A stretch of 64,000 bases of DNA from Octopus vulgaris (GCA_951406725.2 OX597838.1:31868001-31932000), one strand, 5' to 3'. Counted from the first letter of the stretch, positions 12,693-26,505 are shown. Notes: generated from the sequence alone by a model not told the origin. A program made the numbers and translations.

Positions 12693-13589
12693 GTAAGATA
12701 CAGCTTTCATTGTACTACTTTTTTGTGTGTGTTTTTGTTAATATAGGGCAATTTTTTTATTTTGCTTTTCATCTTTCTGAACTCAATAAATGAGGTACCT
12801 GCTATTTACTGGGGTTGACATAATCAACTATACTGTCTTTCCCACTGATACTACTTTTTGCTTGTGTTAAAATTCTTTATTTTACTGTGGTGTTCTGAGG
12901 TCAAAGTTCACCACGGTCATCATTCCAGGGTAGATAAATAAGTACCAGTATTGTACTGGTATCAGTCTAATCAACTATTACATCCTCCTCCTTCTCTCAA
13001 ATATACAACCTAACCCTAACCCTAACCATGTACCTGTATTTGAAGCTATTCCTTTAAGTTGGTGTCTTGGTAACCTGAGTTAGGTGTTGGGCCAAATGAC
13101 AATATTCTTGATTCAAATCTTGTTTGGATTAACTTTCACTCTATCCTACTTAAGTAAATAAGTACCAGTAATACACCAGGGTTAATTAACTTAATTATAG
13201 TCCTTTCATTATAAAGTTATAGTATTGTTGTAATGTTAGAATTTATTTGGTTTCTTTTCTTTTTGTTATTTACTGCCTTCTTGTAGTTCCTTGATATAAA
13301 ACATTTTTATCATTAAGCTATAATTAAAGGTGGTTAGGGTTAGGGTTATGTTCTTAGTTCAAATCCAGCCAAGGTTGACTTGACCTTCCATCCCTCTAAG
13401 TTCAATAAAATAAAGTCCCAATCAAGTACTGCGGTCGATAGTATTAACTAATCCCTGCCTCTTAAAATTACTGCCCTTCTATCTAAATAAGAGACCGAGA
13501 TACACCTTTCATGCTTTTGGGGTCAATGTAATCAACAAACCTCCCACCCCAAATTTCAGGCCTTATACCTATTGTAGAAAGGATTATTA

Positions 13590-13646
<57 letters not shown>

Positions 13647-13832
13647 TCGTCTGTCTTTACATTCTGAGTTCAAATTCCACTGAGGTTGACTTTGCCCTTC
13701 ATCATTTTGGGGTCGATAAATTGAGTATCAATCGAACGCTGGGTGCGATGTAATTGACTAGTCCCCTCCCTCCAAATTTCAGGCCATATGCCTATAGTAG
13801 AAAGGATTATTATTATTATTATTATTATTATT

Positions 13833-14153
13833 CTATGTTTGACTTTTGCTATATATTTGTACAAGTTGGCTCCAAGTCTCACCCAGAGACCTCAAGAGAC
13901 AACAGGTTGGAAGTTCACGTTGCTGTTATGCCTAGTGTGCCATATATTTGTTTTTGTTTTTTTGGGTGTTGTATTAGTGAATGTCTAAAAAAAAAAACGA
14001 AAATTATGTTTGTTTTAAACCTTGAGATTACATAGAAAGTATTTTGCGTAGGATATCAGCAGTTCCCATGAGCACTATCTTTTGAATTTCTGCCATTTTG
14101 GGGTTTCCTGGTATCTGAGTTAGGTAGCAATCAGCCCCTTTTGCTATCATTCC

Positions 14154-14155
<2 letters not shown>
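13833..14155 (-). mobile_element. R4/Dong-clade LINE 3' end inserted in (TAA)n
   Basis: EIQKIVLMGTADILRKILSM* C-terminus; (ATT)n on both flanks. Confidence 0.8.
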
Positions 14156-14201
<46 letters not shown>

Positions 14202-14203
14202 CA

Positions 14204-14240
<37 letters not shown>

Positions 14241-14278
14241 TATTAATATTATTATTATCATCATTATCATCATCATCA

Positions 14279-14324
<46 letters not shown>

Positions 14325-14350
14325 CATCATTGTTATTATTATTATTATTA
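14155..14350. repeat. (ATT/ATC)n microsatellite abutting the exon 8 acceptor
   Basis: Directly visible. Confidence 0.97.
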
Positions 14351-14359
14351 TTTCTACAG

Positions 14360-14461
14360 GTGATTAACATAACGAAGTGGCTGAAGTTAGTTCACAAGAT
14401 CAAACGGAAAGAGTTCACATCAAGCAGTAAACTACCTCCAGACATCAAAATCAAAATACAG
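14360..14461 (+). CDS. BLTP2: BLTP2 exon 8: VINITKWLKLVHKIKRKEFTSSSKLPPDIKIKIQ
   Basis: ctacag| ... CAG|gtaaat, phase 0-0; KWLK..H and LPPD motifs of BLTP2. Confidence 0.93.
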
Positions 14462-14739
14462 GTAAATTAGAAAACAATGTATGTCAGAGTTGTATTTGTT
14501 TGGGCAAAGGATTTCATGTGAGGAGGCCCTAGCTTGAAACTGAAATAATTACTCCATGAATGGTAGCGTGTTAAAACACACAGACACACACACACTGTTA
14601 TATTCATTTAAAAAATTTTGTAACAGTGTTATTGTATCTCCTCTGTAGCAAGACACTTTTGTTTGTCCCTCTATCATTCTTTAGCCTTCCAACATCTGGC
14701 CTAAAGCCACCCACCTTCACCTTCCCCTCCCACATGTCT

Positions 14740-15200
14740 GTCTATCTATCCACTCAGTCGAAGTCGACTCTCGGTTACTCCATGGATCAGTGTCCTCCAG
14801 TCAGTTCTATCCTGGGCCGCTTCTTTCAGATTGGCTATGTCCATTCCGGTATCACTCTTGATGGTGTCAAGCCAGTGGGTTCCTGGTCGGCCTCTTCCTC
14901 TCTTGCCACTGACCATTCCAAACATGATGTCCTTCTCCAGGGATTTTCTCCGCATAATATGACAAAAATATGCCAATCTATGCCTGGTGATCCTAGCTTC
15001 TAGCGACATTTTCGGCTTGATCTGCTTAAGAACTTCTCCATTGGTGAGCCTCGCTGTCCATGGAATCTGTAAAAGTCTTCTCCAACACCAAAGCTCAAAT
15101 GCATTAATTCTCTTCTGGTCAGCTTTCTTTAGTGTCCAGGTCTCGCATCTATATGTTGCTATTGGGAAGACAATTTCATTCACCAATCTGCATACTTTCT
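14740..15200 (-). mobile_element. RTE/BovB-like LINE 3' fragment; shorter copy at 54160-54337(+)
   Basis: CETWTLKKADQKRINAFELWCWRRLLQIPWTAR...GKRGRGRP motif. Confidence 0.9.
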
Positions 15201-16412
15201 CTTAATAATGGCAACTTCTTCCTTGATCTCTTCTGTCTTGCAAGTTCATGGCAACCTCACTAGTGCCGGTGGTTTGAATCAAAAAGGGCACCCAGTATAC
15301 TCCTTCAAGTGGTTTGTGTCAGGAAGGGCATCCAGCTGTGGAAATCATACCAAAGAGGATTTTGGAGCTCAACGTGGCCTTGCAACTTTCCAGTTCCTAT
15401 CAAACTGTCTAACACTTGCTAGTATAGAAAGCTGACGTTAAATGATGATGAGATGATGATATTGCATAGGATAGAGTATCAAAAAACATGATTGTGTGTC
15501 TATAAACTGAACATTGGCACTAAGCAGTGGAGGTGCTGTGAAATAGTATCAGTGGCCAGGTAGTAGGTATACAATAAGATATTTCACACATTCTATTTAG
15601 TATTATCACCATTGTCATTATGTTTTTTACGTCCATTTTTCTGTGTTTGCTTTGGTTGGACAGGTCCTCTCCAATGCAGCATTCCACCTTTGGTATTCCT
15701 TTGTTATTTCCAGTTTCCTGAGATCAACATTTGGCACTTCTTCTTTTGCCTTTCTCTTCCACTGGTTCCATTCCACCTGAAATCTCCTGGCCCTTCTCCC
15801 CACAACATATTACATGTCCATACCAGGAGTGGCTGTGTGGTAAGTAGCTTGCTAACCAACCACATGGTTCCGGGTTCAGTCCCACTGCGTGGCATCTTGG
15901 GCAAGTGTCTTCTGCTATAGCCCCGGGCCGACCAATGCCTTGTGAGTGGATTTGGTAGACGGAAACTGAAAGAAGCCCATCGTATATATGTATATATATA
16001 TATATATATATGTATGTGTTTGTGTATCTGTGTTTGTCCCCCTAGCATTGCTTGACAACCGATGCTGGTGTGTTTACGTCCCCGTCACTTAGCGGTTCGG
16101 CAAAAGAGACCGATAGAATAAGTACTGGGCTTACAAAAGAATAAGTCCCGGGGTCGATTTGCTCGACTAAAGGCGGTGCTCCAGCATGGCTGCAGTCTCT
16201 CTTGCACACAACAATTAAGGAATATCAATATAGAGTTGCTTATTGATCAATTTCTGTATCCACCTGACATTGAAGACTACCTGGAGTATCCATCCATGTG
16301 TATCAGCCACCCAGGTATAAATGTACCAAAGCATTGTGTGAATAAACGGATGAATTGAAGTTGTTTAACATTGTTATCTTTCTCTGTTTCTCTCTTTCCC
16401 CCATTTCTTTAG

Positions 16413-16472
16413 GAGTTCTGTATAACCCTTGGAGACGATCCCTTTGAAGTGACCCTTAATTTTAATTACGAG
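16413..16472 (+). CDS. BLTP2: BLTP2 exon 9: EFCITLGDDPFEVTLNFNYE
   Basis: ctttag| ... GAG|gtaagg; DDPFE motif conserved in BLTP2/Fmp27. Confidence 0.95.
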
Positions 16473-17321
16473 GTAAGGTCTTCATCTCTTTTATATCATT
16501 GCTCAGTTTGAGGCTTTATGTTTGTCATCTTCTCTAAGTATTCATTGAACACAGTTTATGGAGGGTTAAGAACACTGTCGGGAATTTGTGGGGAATTCTG
16601 GAGTCTTGATGGTGGGTGGGTAAGGTTTGAGGTATTGGTGGTATGTTGGGTGAGTGGGTGGGTGGGTGAAGCCTGGAATATTGATGGTGGGTGTGTGAAT
16701 TCTGGGGGTATTGATGGTGGTGGTGGTGATAAGTGGGTAAGATCTGGGGTATTGTGTGTTGCTGGGTGGGTGAGATCTAACGAGTCAGTGGTGATATGTG
16801 GGGAAGACACAAAGCATTGTGCTGAGGGAGAGGCACATATTTGAACACTTTTGGAATTGCCCTACCATCTAATACTGTGATGATGGGTGAAGGGACAGGA
16901 GTACAAGAGATGAAGAAGATAAGGATGATAAAAATGACTTCAGTGTTATTAGTATCTTCGACACGTAAAAAGCACCATCCGAGCGTGGCCGTTCGCCAGC
17001 CTCGTCTGGCACCTGTGTCGGTGGCACGTGAAAAGCACCCACTACACTCATGGAGTGGTTGGCATTAGGAAGGGCATCCAGCTGTAGATATGTAATATCT
17101 TGTCTCTTAATATATTTCTTATGTAATATCTTTTCTATGTTATATTCTTAATCTTATTTCATATGTATTATTTAATCTTTCATATGTTTAGCCTTATCTT
17201 CTGTCTTATCTTAGCTCCTCTGTGACACACAATCTCTCATCTTATTTCACATGTGATGTCCGAACTTTTCCTCCTTTGCCTCCTCCTCTTCTTATGTCTT
17301 GTCTCTTGGTCTATATTGCAG

Positions 17322-17415
17322 CTCTTACAAGACGAGTGGGTTGAAAGTGAGAAACGACGTTTTGTTCTCGACCAAAAAATCCTGAATATACAGAAATCTC
17401 ACGGATTACTACCAT
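17322..17415 (+). CDS. BLTP2: BLTP2 exon 10: LLQDEWVESEKRRFVLDQKILNIQKSHGLLP
   Basis: ttgcag| ... |gtaaga, phase 0-1; resembles LMKDESKESAKRLQLLDAK. Confidence 0.95.
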
Positions 17416-18062
17416 GTAAGACCTTTACAAACTATGCTTTACCAACTAAATAACAACAACAACAATAATAATAGTAATAATGGTTTCAAATATCTGGCAC
17501 AAGGCCAGCAATTTTAGAGTGAGAGGAGTTTGTTGATTATATTGACTCCCACTTTGGCTGGTAGTTTCTTTTTTTGACCCCACTGAAAGGGTAAGTCAAT
17601 CTTTGTAGGATTTAGGCTTAGAACATAAAGATCTCGAAGAAATGCTGCCAAGCGTTTTATTCAGTATGGTGACAATTCTGCCAGCTCACCACCTTAATAA
17701 TAATAATAACAACAACAATAATAATAATCCAATGAAATAAACTACCACTAGCAGGCCAAATACTCAGTGCATTACACACACAACACTTTACAAACACAAT
17801 ACATTACAAACACTAATACAACAAAATACTACACTCATAAAAGAAAAAGAAACTCACACAATACAATACCAGGAAGAGTTTGCACATTTCCAACAACAAA
17901 AAAGAACACACAATACTGCACAAATCCCAGCAACACAAAAGTGTAGCAGGTAATGCAATAGAAATTTGCCTGAAACTACCAAATACCCTAATAAATGTTG
18001 AAGGGTCTTAAAGACCTTAAGAAACAATGACGATAATAATAACAATAATGTTTCTTTTGCAG

Positions 18063-18273
18063 GTAACAGGTTTGAAGAGCTTTACACATCTCTAGCGAAG
18101 AAAAGTGCTGAGATTTACATTCAACGTTCCAAACAGCTTTATGCTAAGTCACCAATCAAAGCTCAGTTGTTGAACTGTCAGATGGAGAATCTTGAAATTG
18201 TGGCTCTAGCCGACCTCTCCTATCATGGCAAGGAGGCTGTGGTGGAGCACATGAAACAGGTGGACCCCGACAG
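18063..18273 (+). CDS. BLTP2: BLTP2 exon 11: CNRFEELYTSLAKKSAEIYIQRSKQLY...LEIVALADLSYHGKEAVVEHMKQVDPD
   Basis: tttgcag| ... CAG|gtaact, phase 1-2; EELY.SL...EIYIQRS motif. Confidence 0.96.
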
Positions 18274-20224
18274 GTAACTTTCTATCAGGAGAGATTTTTG
18301 TTAGGGGAAAGGGGCATGGTGAGGTTCTAGATGGGAGTTGGTGTTGACCCTTTTCTTTGTTTCTGTTACCGTCATCATCATCATGGTCATCACCATCATC
18401 AGTCGTCATCACCACCATTACCTTCATTGTCAATGTTATCATCATTGAAGCTGTCATCACCAAGATTGTCATCTTATAAGGATTCTGCTTGTCATTGCGT
18501 TACCTAGCTCGTTGGTAATGCTTTCAAGTGATTAGAGAAAAAGAGGGAGACAGAAGCATCCGTGATGTGAGATAGAGGGAATATAATTGTAATACTTTCA
18601 CATGATTAGTTGAAAGGAAAGAGAGGAGAAAAAAAAAAGGAAAGAGAAAAAGAGGATTAGGTGAAGAGTGAAACAGAAAAAGGAAGAGAGAAAAGATGGA
18701 GAGAGAAAAAGAGTGTGTGATAGGGGGAATGTAATATTTATTATGTGGTTAAAAAAGTTAGTTGAAAGTAGAGCAGGAGAGTTAAAAATATAATTTTAGC
18801 AGAGGGGTGATGTTCTGATGGTGAGGTTAAAGAGAGGCACAGAGAGAGGAGAGAGAGAGAGAGAGAGATGATGGCAGTGGAAGTGGTGATTGGATAGTGA
18901 AAAGTGTATTTTTTTAAAATTGAACTAAGTTTTTTATATTACTTATCACTTAATGCATGCACATAAGTGCAATTCTGTAAAATATTCATGCTTATTACAT
19001 GGTAGATACATGCAATTTGACTGAAGGTTGTGTTATATGTATGGGATATTTTTTTTTGTTTATGGAGAAAATGGAAAAATAAGAATGATTATTTATTTTC
19101 TGAATGCTGTGTATTAAGTCTATAAAATTGTGCATAAAGTATATAAAATGCATTAAGTAATCTTCGTATTCCAATTTCTTTCACTTCTCAATGAATAGCA
19201 GATGAGTGATTATCTTTCCATACAGACACAACACAGGCAACGCTTTCAAGTTTTTTGGATAATGTTGTCAGAATATGTTTACCTTTAATTCTGTGAAATA
19301 TTCACAGGTCCTGCTAGTCACTATTATTATTATTTTAAGGTCCCTATTTCCATGGTGGCACTGACTGGATATGTCTACCACTCGAACCATTTCATCGTTT
19401 GGAAAGTTAAAAGATTGTATTCCTATGTCACAAATATCAACCTCAAAACCAACATAAATACATATACATATAGGCGTAAGGGTGGCTGTGTGGTAAGTAG
19501 CTTGTTCACCAACCACATGGTTCCGGGTTCAGTCCCACTGCGTGGCACCTTCGGCAAGTGTCTTCTACTATAGCCTCGGGCCGACCAAAGCCTTGTGAAT
19601 GGATTTGGTAGACAGAAACTGAAAGAAGCCCATCGTATATATGTATATATATGGAGTGGTTGGCGTTAGGAAGGGCATCCAGCCGTAGAAACACTGCCAG
19701 ATCTGACTGGGCCTGACGAAGCCTTCCAGCTTCACAGACCCCAGTTGAACCGTCCAACCCATGCTAGCATGGAAAGCGGACGCTAAATGATGATGATGAT
19801 GTGTGTGTGTGTCTGTGTGTCTATGCTTGTCCCCCCCAACATCACTTGACAACTGATGCTGGTGTGTTTACGTCCCCGTAACTTAGCGGTTCGGCAAAAG
19901 AGACCGATAGAATAAGTACTGGGCTTACAAAAGAATAAGTCCTGGGGTCGATTTGCTCGACTAAAGGCAGTGCTTCAGCATGGCCACAGTCAAATGACTG
20001 AAACAAGTAAAAGAGTAACGAGTATACACACACACACACACACACACACGTCCTCCCTGCCATCACTGCACATTACTAATTGTGCATGCATGCACGCGCA
20101 CACACACACGCATGCAGCATAGTTTCCTGTACTCCTGTTCTTTTGCATCCTTTTCTTCTCCCCCTGCCCTGCCCTGCTTCGCAGACCCTCACCCATTGAT
20201 CTATTGTTTCTTGTTCTGTTTCAG

Positions 20225-20397
20225 TCCTTATCCCGAGGAAGGTCTCGAGTTCAATACCCTGTGGTGCCGAATGGTGACAATGGATGTGACAGACATCCAC
20301 ATCTTCCTGCGAGATTACCCACAGTCAATGTTGGAGGTGAAGGACATGCATGCCTGGGGTAAAATGATCGGGGCTGCGCAAGAAGGGATCAAGCGAT
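20225..20397 (+). CDS. BLTP2: BLTP2 exon 12: SPYPEEGLEFNTLWCRMV...LRDYPQSMLEVKDMHAWGKMIGAAQEGIKR
   Basis: tttcag| ... |gtaagt, phase 2-1; WCR and RDYP motifs. Confidence 0.96.
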
Positions 20398-21299
20398 GTA
20401 AGTAGAAGCAGCAGCAGTAGTTGTGGTGGTCATGGTGGGAAATGTTCTGTTAGATTCATTGACAATGACTGCTCGCTGTGTGTGTGATTGTAGTGATGTA
20501 TGTGTAGTGGTGGTGGTTGTGGTGGTAGTAGTGTAGGATGTGATCTGAGGGAGGGTTGGCTGCTATTTTTAGCATGTCAGATGTGGTAGTTGTGTGTGTG
20601 TGTTGGTGTATCAATGATCCAGTCAGTGGAACAGCCTGCTCATGAAATTGACATGCAAGTGGCTGAGTACTACTCAGACATGCATACCCTTAATGTAGTT
20701 CTCAGGGAGATTCAGCCAGGATGACACAAAATGTGACAAGGCTGCCCCTTTTAATTACAGGTACAACTCATCTTTACCAGCTGACCAGACTGGAGCAATG
20801 AGAAATAAAGTGTCTTGCTCAAGGGCAAAATGTGCTGCCAGGGATTGAACTCCTGACTTTACAGTTATGAGTTGGATACCCTAACCACTAAGCCATGTAC
20901 CCTCACCCACATGTTCCTATACTGCATGTTATAAACTCACATCTGCTCCTACATGGTGCTACATGTGTAAAAGTAAACCACACTAGTGCTGCACTAGTGA
21001 GAGGACAGCACTGTGACAAAAGACAGTCCAATCATGACCATCCTGTCATTTTAGGAACATTTAAAACTACATTATCTAATATATCCTTCCTATTTTAAGA
21101 GAGTAGGATGTGACCTGAGGGAGAGTTGGCTGCTATTTTTAGCATGTCAGTCGTCTATGTAAAGGCTCCTTCATTTACTAATTTGTGGTGGTAGTTGTCT
21201 TTTATTTGGTTGCTTTAATTAGTGTTAACGTTTAATTGATTCTGTGCCAGTATATTTCATAAAACTCGTATTTATTTAATTCACGAATTTCTGTTTCAG

Positions 21300-21398
21300 C
21301 CAAACGTATGTGTTCTGTTGAAATAAAATCACCATGGGAAGATATGGAAGTTGAACGTAGCCTACCCCCCATTAAGTTTTTCTATGATTTAAGCTGTG
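21300..21398 (+). CDS. BLTP2: BLTP2 exon 13: SKRMCSVEIKSPWEDMEVERSLPPIKFFYDLSC
   Basis: tttcag| ... |gtgagt, phase 1-1; PW...VER..PP.KF motif. Confidence 0.96.
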
Positions 21399-21427
21399 GT
21401 GAGTATTATTATTATTATTATTATTAT

Positions 21428-21785
21428 TTTGTCTTTGCACAGCTTCTAATTCTGGAGATATACTACGGTACCAGCTGTTCACTACCCCTTATTTTTCGAG
21501 AACCATCCGGAGTATTCGAGCAGTTCCAAGCAGTGCTGTTTTCTGCAAGTGCTCCACCCTTTTGCAGCCCTTATTTGTTCCATGTACTTCTCGAGATTTT
21601 TACTCACTGTTCCCAGGGCTCCGACAATTATTGGTACTACCACCACATTTTTCATCGACCACAGCTGCTGAACCTCCTAAGCTAACTTGTCATATCTGTC
21701 GACTTTTCTTTCTTCCTTATCGCATCCCTTGTTGTCAGCAGGGCATGCTATGTCTATGATCCAGCATCATTTGCTTTCTACTATT
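21428..21785 (-). mobile_element. R4/Dong-clade LINE 3' fragment (RLE domain), a second family, in (TAA)n
   Basis: Minus-strand IIDIACPAD...K.DRYDKL...VVPIIVGALG...LQKTALLGTARILR. Confidence 0.85.
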
Positions 21786-21789
21786 ATTA

Positions 21790-21972
21790 TTGTTATTACT
21801 ACTACTACTGCTGCTACTACTACTATCACTACTACTACTAACACTACCACCACCACTATACTACCACTACCACCACCACTATACTACTACTACAACTACT
21901 ATCACTACCACCACCACCACCACTATACTACTACTACTACCACTACTACTACTACCACCACCACCACCACCA

Positions 21973-22003
<31 letters not shown>

Positions 22004-22005
22004 GC
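21790..22005. repeat. (CTA/CCA)n compound microsatellite
   Basis: Directly visible. Confidence 0.95.
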
Positions 22006-22460
22006 TTAGGAGCAGCAGCAGCGAACTGGCAGAATTGTTAGCACACTGGGCAAAATGCTTAGTGGCATTTTGCTTGTCTTTATATTTTGAGTTCAAATTC
22101 TGCTGAAGTCAGCTTTGCAGTTCATCATTTCAAGGATGATGAAATAAGTACCAAATGAGCACTGAGGTTGATGTAATCGACTTACACCCTCTCCAAAAAT
22201 TGCTGGCCTTGTGCCTAGAGTAGAAAGGATTATTGTTATTATTATTATTATTATTAAGGCAGTGAGCTGGTAGAATTATTAGCATGCTGGGCAAAATGCT
22301 TAGTGGTATTTCACCTGTCACTATGCTCTGAGTTCAAATTTCACTGAGGTCTACTTTGCCTTTCGTCCTTTGAGGGTTGATGAAATAAATACCAGTCAAG
22401 TACTGGAATCGATGTTATTGACTTGCCCCTCCCCACAAAATTTCAGGTTTTGTGCCTATA

Positions 22461-22498
22461 TTAGTAGTAGTAGCAGCAGTAGCAGTAGTAGTAGTGGC

Positions 22499-22537
<39 letters not shown>

Positions 22538-22796
22538 TGCAGTAATAGTAGTAGTAGTAGCAGCAGTAGCAGTCGTAGTTGTAGTAGCAGTAGCAGTTGC
22601 AGTAGTAATAGTAGCAGTAGTAGCAGTAGTAGTAGTAGTAGCAGTAGCAGCAGCAGCAGTAGTAGTAGTAGTAGCAGATGCAGTAGTAGTAGTAGTAGTA
22701 GTAGTAGTAGCAGCAGGAGTAGTAGAAGCAGTAGTAGCAGCAGTAGTAGTAGCAGTAGTAGTAGTAGTTGTAGCAGCAGTAGTAGTAGTAGTAGTG
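22461..22796. repeat. (TAG/CAG)n compound microsatellite
   Basis: Directly visible; source of the spurious poly-Ser and poly-Val ORFs. Confidence 0.97.
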
Positions 22797-23269
22797 GATA
22801 TTATCTACCCCAGTACTTAACTGGTACTTTATTTTTCTTCAGCCATGAGGTCCAAAAGGTAAAGTTCACTTCGGTGACATTTGAACCTGGAGTGCATAAA
22901 TTTGGGACAAATACTACAAGTCATTTACTCCATTGCCCGAATGACTCTACCATACAGACAAATGACTGTTAGTTGGATAGAATACCTCATGAATGAATAA
23001 ATAACTATCCCAATCCTTATGGCCGAGGTGTGGGACTGTGGGGAGGGCTCAGACACAAGCCATTTTGTTGTGTCTTCATGGTCACTTCGAGATGAATAGG
23101 ACTGGTGGGCCAGCCCCAAGTTCCCTTCCAACCAGATTTACTGTCAGGGTTGATTCCTATGGCTTCTGCCTCTCTTCACAGGCACTCATAAGCAGTGAGA
23201 ATTTTGCCCTTCTTCTAGACGTTTTTCCTCCCAGACCATCTGCCTCGTTCTGTTGCTGATGTAACGGCA

Positions 23270-23910
23270 GATACCCCTCTCCTAGAAAAAAAGAAAAGAA
23301 AAGACACTACTGCATCCACAAAAGCTAAGAGATACCTCAACTCACAGTGGTCATACAGCATGCTAGACACTAACCCAGAAATTCTAAGTCTCCACAGTCA
23401 TGATATTTAGTTATGTATACCCTCCATCAGGCATTTGCCATATCCTGAACGCCTTACTTCCCTGGGCATGGACACATTGAAACTCCAACGTCTGGCAGCT
23501 GACTTGGCAGACACTCATAAAATTATCAACCATCATACAAACAATAACTCTGAGCACCTTTTCAAACTCCACCCATCTAACACCCATGGACATATTTACA
23601 AAGTAAGAAAACAGCACAGCTCCCATGACTTTAGGAAACATTTTTTCACGCTGAGAGTTGCTGAAGCATGGAACAAACTGCCGACATCAGTCGTTAGTTG
23701 TCAGAGCACTGCATCCTTCAAAACTTCCATGCTTTCTGAGATTCGCCAACACTACACCTGATTTTCTCCCCTCCATACACACGCAAGCATGTATCTGACT
23801 CATACATTGTTCGCTTTCCAGACATTTCTACATTACTGCATGTACTTTATATGCACTTTCTGACAAGTTGTGGTGCACCTGAGCACTGTATACAATAATT
23901 TTATTATATT
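23270..23910 (+). mobile_element. CR1-clade LINE 3' fragment. Same family at 50045-50475(-); tail-only pieces at ~31940-32035, 34565-34700, 58730-58840(-)
   Basis: YPERLTSLGMDTLKLQRLAADL...FFTLRVAEAWNKLP. Confidence 0.88.
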
Positions 23911-26238
23911 ATTGTAGTGTCAGTGCTAAGCAGTGATAAGGAATAAATGAACTTTAGTTAAAATATGTTTCTGACATGTTTTAACTTTGAAAGACAAATT
24001 CACTGCTGTTTTCGTGGAGGAAAGAAATTCTTGCTTATACTCTTTACTCTCTTTACTCTTTTACTTGTTTCAGTCATTTGACTGTGGCCATGCTGGAGCA
24101 CCGCCTTCTAGTCGAGTAAATCGACACCATGACTTATTCTTTGTAAGCCTAGTACTTATTCTATCAGTCTCTTTTGCTGAACTGCTAAGTTACGGGACAT
24201 AAACACACCACCATCGGTTGTCAAGCAATGGTGGTGGGACAAACACAGACACAAAAATATATACATACATACATATATATATACATATATACGACGGGCT
24301 TCTTCCAGTTTCTGTCTACCAAATCCACTCACAAGGCTTTGGTCGGCCCGAGGCTGTAGTAGAAGACACTTGCCCAAGGTGCCACGCTTATGGTAAAAGG
24401 CATAAAAGAAAACCAGATCTGCTCAGTGTCTTCGCCTAGCAGACTTCAGATGTGTTTCTGGCTCCTTAGCTCTTCTCAATCGATGATACCGAAGAGAGAC
24501 AACCCTGGCAGGCCCTAAATTTATGTATATATTTTTAAGCTAGGTGTAATTTGAAAGATATTTAGCTGCTGTTTCTAGTTGCTTGACTAACCACATAAAG
24601 ACTTCATTGTTGAGTCAAGCCAAGTTTTTGATGATATGATTACCTTTCTGAGTAAATTTTAATTATTTCCCTTAAACAGTAATTATATTAAAACAAAACA
24701 ATTATCTTACGCTAATTAAATATAATGATCAGTGGTAATAGAAAATGCTTAAGTGACGAAGGGGAATAACTTTTGTCTATTTGGTCACTAATGGCTGCTT
24801 GTAAATAATATTGATTCATATTTTGGACACCAATAATTATTGATATAATCAATATCCACAACGGAGCATCGATTATTTGTCACTTGTAGAAATCAATATT
24901 TTGTACATTGTTGCCAATAAATGTGTATCTTTGCTCTTTTTGTCTATGACATTATAGTTTTGTCTTAGAGTTATTGACCTCTTTACCATTTATACAATTA
25001 TAATTGTCTGTGTGTCTTACAGAGATTGAGCTTTTAACTGTATAAACCAAAATATTGCTTTGTCTTATAGACATTCAGATTTTTACCCCTTTGTTGCATA
25101 TTTTTGTTGTAACACACTGCATTTGTTTCCTTCACTTTTGGAAATAATGAAGACTTTTGTTATATAATTTTGTCCTTATTAAACTGGTGTAAGGCAGTGA
25201 GATGGCGGAAATGTTAGCATGCTGGACAAGATGCTTAGCGCTATCTCATCTCTCTTTACGTTCTGAGTTCAAATTCTGCCAAGGTCGACTTTGCCTTTCA
25301 TCCTTTCGAGGTTGATAAATTAAGTACCTATTTCTTTACTACCCACAAGGGGCTAAACACAGAGAGGACAAACAAGGACAGACAAACGGATTAAGTGGAT
25401 TATATCGACTACAGTGCGTAACTGGTACTTAATTTATCAACCCTGAAAGGATGAAAGGCAAAGTCAACCTCGGCGGAATTTGAACTCAGAACATAACAGC
25501 AGACAAAATACGGCTACGCATTTCGCCTGGCGTGCTAACGTTTCTGCCAGCTCACCACCTTACTGGTGTCGATCTAATTGACTACCCCACCCACCCAAAA
25601 TTTCGGGCCTTGTGTCTAGAGTAGAAAAGAATCGTTAGCATACTGGACAAAATACTTAATGACATTTCAGTCATCTTTACATTCTGAGTTCAAATTCCTA
25701 CAAGGTCGGCTTTGCCTTTCATCTTTTTGGGTTCAATAAAAAAAGTATATGTTGTTCACTGGGGTTGATGTAATTGACAAGACCCTTCCTCCGAAATTTG
25801 AAACCATTATTAACCTGGTGTTTGGAATTTAAATTTGCATGTTATTTTGATGGAAGGTTTTAATCTACATCACTTTTGAACAGAGAGTTTGTGTCACAGA
25901 ACTAGGGGCTGTCTCTGGTAGATACCATGCAGTGAGACTGAACCCCAAACCATATGGTTGGGAAGCAAGCTTCTTACCAAAAGAAATTGGCCTTGGTCAA
26001 ACTTGGCAAAGGATGCACTCTACCAGGTCTAAACATACCCAAAAAACCTGCCATCTATTACAATAGCGACTCTACAACTGCACTGGGAGTTGCTGGCCCA
26101 AACCAACAGACCACAGACCATTACACTGTCTGTTTTCTGTTGTTGATATTGACATGCAACTATCCATACCGTTATGCTGTTAGTCTGGTCTACATATATT
26201 GAGTTTTTAATCATGCATTCCATTATTTTGTGTTGTAG

Positions 26239-26505
26239 ATATTGAAGATTTAACCATGGCATATGGTTCTTGCTGGGAACCAACATTTGCTCAAGTGAGT
26301 TTGATGATGGAAATGGTGAACAGGCCTTCAGTTGACCCGAGTCGACCCCTACCGTTTTGGGACAAGTTACGTTTACTGTTTCATGGTCGGCTTACTATGT
26401 CTGTGCAACAGATGCGTTGGCTCTACCATGCCTCGTTTGATCCCTGTAACATTACAGAATTCATGGACTGGACATGGAGAGACCTAATCCTCGACTGGAC
26501 GAATG
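26239..26505 (+). CDS. BLTP2: BLTP2 exon 14: DIEDLTMAYGSCWEPTFAQV...DPSRPLPFWDKLRLLFHG...DLILDWTN
   Basis: ttgtag| ... |gtaagc, phase 1-1; contains the Fmp27 'GFWDK'-type motif DPS..LP.WDK.RLLFHG. Confidence 0.98.

Noticed and set aside
13008-13348. (CCCTAA)3 and (TTAGGG)2-3 tracts as a telomere fusion relic
   Set aside because: Very short, embedded in decayed repeats, and not in the TTAGGG-to-CCCTAA fusion orientation.
20533-21150. 48-nt direct repeat about 570 bp apart (also 1088-1150 versus 1978-2043) as LTRs
   Set aside because: No TG...CA ends, PBS or TSD; more likely fragments of common repeats or a local duplication.
22370-22972. 200-aa Ser-rich ORF and similar ORFs at 14028-14470, 27310-27763 and 42563-43163
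   Set aside because: These are translations of microsatellites.
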